From assembly GCA_964016885.1 (NCBI GenBank), contig OZ024741.1, forward strand, positions 307,892,001 through 307,956,000: a stretch of DNA of 64,000 nucleotides. Reading direction: 5' to 3'. Origin of the DNA: Eledone cirrhosa (Eukaryota). The notes under the pieces were generated by a model. It was not told the origin of the DNA and made no database searches. It worked only from the letters and a program-made list of their open reading frames with translations. A program made the position numbers and the translations under genes. This document shows positions 56,388 to 64,000 of the stretch, one piece after another. Numbering within the stretch: the stretch's first letter is position 1; each line of letters opens with the position of its first letter.

Positions 56388-57149
56388 TATGTGCGTGTGT
56401 GTGTGCGAGCAGTAGCATCGTAATAGGGTTGTATATAAAATAATATATATATATCTATGTTCGGAAAAGATTGTTTTGGTAAAAACCGGAGTAAGCAGGA
56501 GAAAGCTCTCAACATCGTTGTTTTTAGTTACGATGGAGAATTTTATAAAAATAACAAAATGCAATCGAGATGCCCTTCATGCATTTGCTGTTGATTATGA
56601 GAACGGTTTCCTCAGATGAAAATCGATATCTTTGATATGTGGCTGGCAGGAAAACACACATCCTAATGCCTGTGCGCCCAGCATACATATGAGTTTCTTG
56701 AAGGGTTTGCCAGGGTTTGTTAGAAAAAGCTATCAACGAAAAAAGACGAAAAGAACGAAGAACTGTGTGCAACTAAAACCCAGTAGACAGTTGAAGCAAC
56801 ACAAGGAGCTCTGAGGTAGGTGGGGTATATATTTAGTCTTAATATTCTTGAAATTTGTTGAACTTTTGTGAATAGGCATCATATCTTGTAATTTACCTAT
56901 GGTTTAAATTTCATATAAATCGAAGGGAAAAGATTTTCAGCGAGGGTTTTGCGCCCCCGGGGAACCCTTTGAATAAAATGAAATACACTTATCCAAGTAC
57001 CATGGGCAATGAAGTTTCAGAATATATATGGTTATAGGGGTCTATCTCTAAAACGTAGTTTTAGAGATAGACCCCATAGACTCTAAAGGAGTAGTTCGTG
57101 AACAAACAAACAAACAGACAGGAATACAACTTTATATATATATCTATCT

Positions 57150-57724
57150 ATCTAGAGCGGGTAAAATTCATGAGATCCATGGACGAGTTCTCTCCAGCGG
57201 TCTCAGTCCCTCATTAACGCTGCCATGTCCTGCGTCTCCCACAGACCAGTGTCTGTCCTTAGGGCATCAACATACGTTAACCTTGGTCTTCCTCTTCCAG
57301 TGTGTCCATGCAGGGACTCCCACAGGAGCACTGTGTAGTGTCAACTCTGGATGTCGGTGAGTATGTCCAGCTAACCTCAGTCTCCTCTGTGTCACTTTTG
57401 AGCTGACTTTTGGGAGACTCCCATACAGCTCTGAGTTTTTCATCCTCAGTGTAAATTGATTAATGTTCAGAGCGATCCTCAGCATTCTCGTGTAGCACCC
57501 ATCCACCATCTGAGTGAGTTTCCTGGTCAATGTCCAAGTCTCAGACCCGTACAGCAGCACAGACTCCACTACAGCAATGAAGAGGCGGATATTCAGGTCT
57601 TTACTAAGGTTCGACTTCCACACCGATCTCAGCTGTGGCACGCCGCCCAGGCTTTGCTCTTCTTCTCAACCACATCATCTTCCGTGTTCCCAATCTTTGC
57701 TCCCAAATACAGGAAGTCCTCAAC
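57150..57724 (-). pseudogene. RTE-clade LINE, 5'-truncated RT C-terminus and 3' end
   Basis: IRLFIAVVESVLLYGSETWTLT...DGCYTRMLRIALNI...RRLRLAGH is the typical RTE thumb/C-terminal region. The tail is a (TAGA)n/(TA)n repeat. Confidence 0.88.
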
Positions 57725-57747
57725 TAATATATACATATATATATCAG

Positions 57748-57936
57748 AATGGAGGCGGTAAAAACCAGTTAGACCATTACTCACCAGAGTACTCGATACT
57801 TGGGTAGTAGAGTGGGTAATATGAAATATTCAGGACCCCGACAGCTGAGCTCCAGCCGTTTCAACAGCTACATCTGAGTTCGGATTTCTAGCTGTTGAAG
57901 CGGCCGGAGCTCAGCCGCTGGGGTCCTGAATTTTTC
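57748..57936. mobile_element. Asymmetric fold-back element copy (diverged)
   Basis: ttcaggaccccgacagctgagctc...gagctcagccgctggggtcctgaa. Confidence 0.8.
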
Positions 57937-57937
57937 A

Positions 57938-58010
<73 letters not shown>

Positions 58011-58181
58011 TTCTTTTTCTTTTATATTCAATTATAATACAGGGCTCGGAAATATCTGTTTCTTAGCGCTATTTTATTGTAAGAGACTATTTTGAGTCCT
58101 TAACTCAATATATACCTTTGATATATATATATATTACTCTTTTACTCTTTTACCTGTTCCATCCGGCAGAGGCCATGCTGG

Positions 58182-58250
<69 letters not shown>

Positions 58251-58395
58251 AATATAGTAATAATAATAAAATTGAAGACTAAAATCCAAAGAGGGCTCGA
58301 TAAGGAAAATATATATCCAATATATCAGAACCGAAGACAGAACCACGTTTATGGTATAAAAGAGGTCGTAGACTAATGTTCTCTAAGTGGTGCAT

Positions 58396-59556
58396 GAGGT
58401 TACTGATCTTATTGGCCTTTTCCTTCTTTTCTCTATCAAGGACGAATTCCCCAACGCGGGCGGTGGTTTGTACCGTGACGATGGTCTTTTGACCATGACT
58501 AAGTGCGGACCTCGTGCTTGCGACAGATTCAGAAAAGAACTCACAGCCTTCTTTAAAGGCTTCAACCTCTCTATACAGGTTGAGGCCAATCTCTCGGTCG
58601 TTAATTACCTCGACGTTACCCTCAATTTATTGAATTACCCGTATAGAAAGCCGAATGATACGCTTAATTACATAAGTAAGCATTCCAACCATCCTGCCAG
58701 CATAACCAAGAACCTGGTAAAAAACGTTTCGTTGAGGCTTTCCCGTCTTTCCACCAACGAGCGCATTTTCAACGACCATTCCACTTATTACAATGAAGCT
58801 CTTGCTCGAAGTGGATTTGTCGATAAGGTAGCATATACAGAGTACGAGAATAGACCTAGAAGAAATAGATCCCGTCGCATTTGTTGGTTTAACCCACCAT
58901 ATAATATGGAGGTGGCCACACCATTAGCTAAGATCTTTCTTTCCCTTATTACGAAGCATTTTCCCCCTACATATAAATATAGTAAAATTTTTAATAGAAA
59001 CACTATTAAAATGTCTTACTCTACGACTCCTAACCTTGCACATAACATCACAGCTTCAAATTTAGCTAAACTATCTAGCCGTAGGAACACGTGCAACCCT
59101 GTAGTTAGTACTAACTGTAATTGTAGGAATCGGTCTGATTGTCCCCTATCCGGGAAATGCCTCTCTAGTAACATTGTCTACAAATGTAAGGTTGTAACAC
59201 CCACGTCCCGTAGGGCCTACATAGGGTTAACCGCCAATAGATTCAAGCAGCGTCTTTACATGCATACCCATTCTTTTCGTTACCCTCTAAGAAGGAATAT
59301 GACGTCACTTTCAGCTTATATCTGGAGTCTAAAAGACAACCACACCCAATATAAGTTACACTTGGAGATCCTAGCTAGGGCTAGATCGTATAACGGAAAT
59401 AAAAGACTATGTGACCTCTGCGCCGCTGAGGCCCTGGAAATACTCTACGCCACAGACCACATCTTAAACAAAAAATCTGAGGCAGTTTCGGCTTGTAAAC
59501 ATAAATTGCAAAAAACTTTCCTGTATTACAGCCCCACGTTATACCCTAACGGATAG
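58396..59556 (+). CDS. PLE RT C-terminal half plus GIY-YIG endonuclease (open frame, 5'-truncated)
   Basis: GGLYRDDGL (RT catalytic DD), NYLDVTLNL, YRKPND, WFNPPY, linker CNCRNRSDC (CxCx5C), NIVYKC...AYIGLT (GIY-YIG), CDLC..E, LNKKSE...CKH. No stop over ~386 codons. Confidence 0.9.
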   Translation, partial: EVTDLIGLFLLFSIKDEFPNAGGGLYRDDGLLTMTKCGPRACDRFRKELTAFFKGFNLSIQVEANLSVVNYLDVTLNLLNYPYRKPNDTLNYISKHSNHPASITKNLVKNVSLRLSRLSTNERIFNDHSTYYNEALARSGFVDKVAYTEYENRPRRNRSRRICWFNPPYNMEVATPLAKIFLSLITKHFPPTYKYSKIFNRNTIKMSYSTTPNLAHNITASNLAKLSSRRNTCNPVVSTNCNCRNRSDCPLSGKCLSSNIVYKCKVVTPTSRRAYIGLTANRFKQRLYMHTHSFRYPLRRNMTSLSAYIWSLKDNHTQYKLHLEILARARSYNGNKRLCDLCAAEALEILYATDHILNKKSEAVSACKHKLQKTFLYYSPTLYPNG

Positions 59557-60479
59557 CACGATCTATACGTGGATATTTTACGTCTTGATGTGGGAGCTAA
59601 GTATATGTTTTGTTTATTCCTTTACTTATTTGCATAGGTAAGTATATATTACCCGTATGTTTTGTGAAGGTATGTATACCTTCTCGTACGTATATTTGAC
59701 TGTTATGGCGTATAACTTTTACATATTCTGGTATTTAGGGTTTGGTTATGTGTATATGGGAGTTTTGCGTCTGCGTGAGTATGCAGGTTCGTACGTATGG
59801 TGGGTGTGTGTATATGTGTACTTCTTGTTTTAGTTGACTTACGTCTCCGAACCTTCGTGTATTTATTTGTAGGTATGTGTGTGCGCTTGTTATGTACGTA
59901 TTTATTTACTTATATACGTTTATATAATTATTTATTTGTACACAAGCATACACACATACACATATTTATATGTGCGTGGTTTTGTATACCTATGGTAAGG
60001 TTTTGCGTATGCTTGTGTATGTACGTATCTGTTTGCGTGTATGTATTTATTTGTTTCTATTACTTCTGTATTGTATTTATTTACTTTGTTCTTAACTCTG
60101 TAGCGGAGATTCATTCGGTCTCCTAGTTAGAATTTTAGTCTACAACTTCTGCTATACCATTTACGTGGTTTTTTCTTTGCGTGCTATTGTTCTCCACGCT
60201 CCACATATGACTTATTATCTTCGTTTTTTCGTTCATTGCCAGAGAACGTCTCTATGCACCACTTAGAGAACATTAGTCTACGACCTCTTTTATACCATAA
60301 ACGTGGTTCTGTCTTTGCGCGTAATTGTTTTTCACCGCTCCTATTAATGACGTATTATTCGTTTTTTCCCGTTCTTTGCCAGAGAACGTCACCATGAACC
60401 AAAGTATCGTCTTCCTGTCTTCCTCCGGTTGCAACGTTTTTTGAAATATCCAGTTCTGCGTTTACAGATTGACTTTGTT

Positions 60480-60530
60480 AGTTTCAGAAGATCCCGTTAA
60501 GGGTGAAAGCAGCGATTCTTTGCTTAAACT
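60480..60530 (+). ncRNA. Variant hammerhead (CAGAAGA core) at the PLE 3' end
   Basis: AGTTT-CAGAAGA-tcccgttaagggt-GAAA-GCA-gcgattctt-TGC-TT-AAACT. A second copy is at 51501-51551. Confidence 0.62.
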
Positions 60531-60555
60531 TTAATCTGTTATTTTAATAAATATA

Positions 60556-60599
<44 letters not shown>

Positions 60600-60872
60600 G
60601 ATATTAAATAAATGGAAATTATATTTATAAAACCATATTTATTTCATTATATATATTTCAGGGATATCATATTAAAAATATGTTATGCCTTCTTCAGACA
60701 AAATACAATATAAACAGTCTTATAAATAGATAGATTCGACATACCTTTCAACTTCGACTTGCATTTGAAAAGTTGATTTGAAAAGTTTATTTAATATCGT
60801 AAATATACTCCAAATACTTGTTGGGTGCTTTTATATCAGTTATAAATATTTACTCGTTGTAACCCAACAATT
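60600..60872 (-). mobile_element. Family F-related pLTR fragment with HHR and short fold-back
   Basis: Flanks match 7843-7890. tcttcag at 60691-60697 and tttc at 60656-60659, with a different stem II. Confidence 0.72.
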
Positions 60873-60884
60873 TAAATAAAACTT

Positions 60885-60943
<59 letters not shown>

Positions 60944-61717
60944 AGTTACTAGTTAAAACAAATGAGACCATAATCTTAAGTAATCTATACTTAAGGAGAG
61001 TGCATATATTATTATCACTATATATATATATGTGTGTCTGTGTGTGTATGTGTGTGTATACATACATATGTATGTAAGTATGTATATATGTATGCGTCTG
61101 TCTATGTATGTAAGTATGTATGCATGTATCCATGTATGTATGTATATTGTTTAATGTAAATGTCGATGTGTGTATAAATATATAACACATTCATAGAAAT
61201 TCACAGATGTATCTACGTCGAATAAACGTGAGTAAGAGTGAGCGGCGTACATATGTACCTGTGTAAGTTTTCGGATGCGGGCGCCCCTCTCACTAAAAAG
61301 ACTAGTCTTTCAAGTGGCTTGACTCTATGCACATAACAAGTACTCATGCGTGTATAAATTGCTGAATAGATAAAAAAAAAAATCACAATGAAATAAACAC
61401 AAAAATAAATGAAATAAATGAAAAAGGCACACGGCCCACTTGTAGGTTGTATGCCCCGGGAATTATACATGCGCACGTACACACAATTACATATAAGAGA
61501 CATTTTAACTCTTTGTGATAAATTGAGAGCAATTTATTTTGGAGATCATCTCACATTATACATGCTCATTTTCACACAGATGCTCACAAACTTACCTATA
61601 TATTCAGATAAATCCATTTATACACTTCTTTTCTTTCATTCTTCTCCTATCTCTCTCACCCCTCACCATCTCCTTTCCTCGCTCACTTTACCTTATATAT
61701 ATATATATATATATATA

Positions 61718-63957
<2,240 letters not shown>

Positions 63958-64000
63958 GTGTGTATGTGTGTGTGTAAATAATACATATACGTAAATAAGA

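Larger units (their letters stand above)
58256..60552 (+). mobile_element. 5'-truncated Penelope-like element, probably Hydra clade
   Basis: RT-EN ORF with a long 3' UTR. 58334-58395 is an inverted copy of ~60254-60316. (TA)n on both sides. Confidence 0.9.

Noticed and set aside
56815-57145. Possible Helitron 5' fragment with a ~19-bp-arm hairpin at ~57036-57076
   Set aside because: It has an (ACAA)n/ACAG signature, but no diagnostic 3' CTRR end was identified.

Overview
Eukaryotic, AT-rich, repeat-saturated DNA with no recognisable host exon. The SINE and microsatellite landscape looks like an octopod cephalopod genome (inference). Almost all ORFs in the track are (TA)n, (CA)n or trinucleotide artefacts. 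The real coding remnants are all mobile elements: several Penelope-like elements (PLEs; RT plus C-terminal GIY-YIG), an RTE LINE fragment, and decayed R4/Dong-like and HERO-like RLE elements. Non-autonomous Helitrons and about 20 tRNA-derived SINE copies are also present. The main signal is non-coding. I count roughly 35 type I hammerhead ribozyme (HHR) motifs in about 10 sequence families, mostly inserted in (TA)n tracts and usually in tail-out fold-back arrangements. The standout is a 6.2-kb array of 11 near-identical 557/559-bp units (11506-17677). Each unit has a complete HHR with extended stems I and II and a 12-nt palindromic stem III. Next to it is an unrelated 310-bp HHR array in both orientations, and a ~464-bp HHR repeat lies at 24.2-25.1 kb. 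These look like retrozyme-type (self-cleaving, circular-RNA-producing) elements mobilised by the co-resident PLEs. All structures were paired by eye; nothing was folded or searched computationally.
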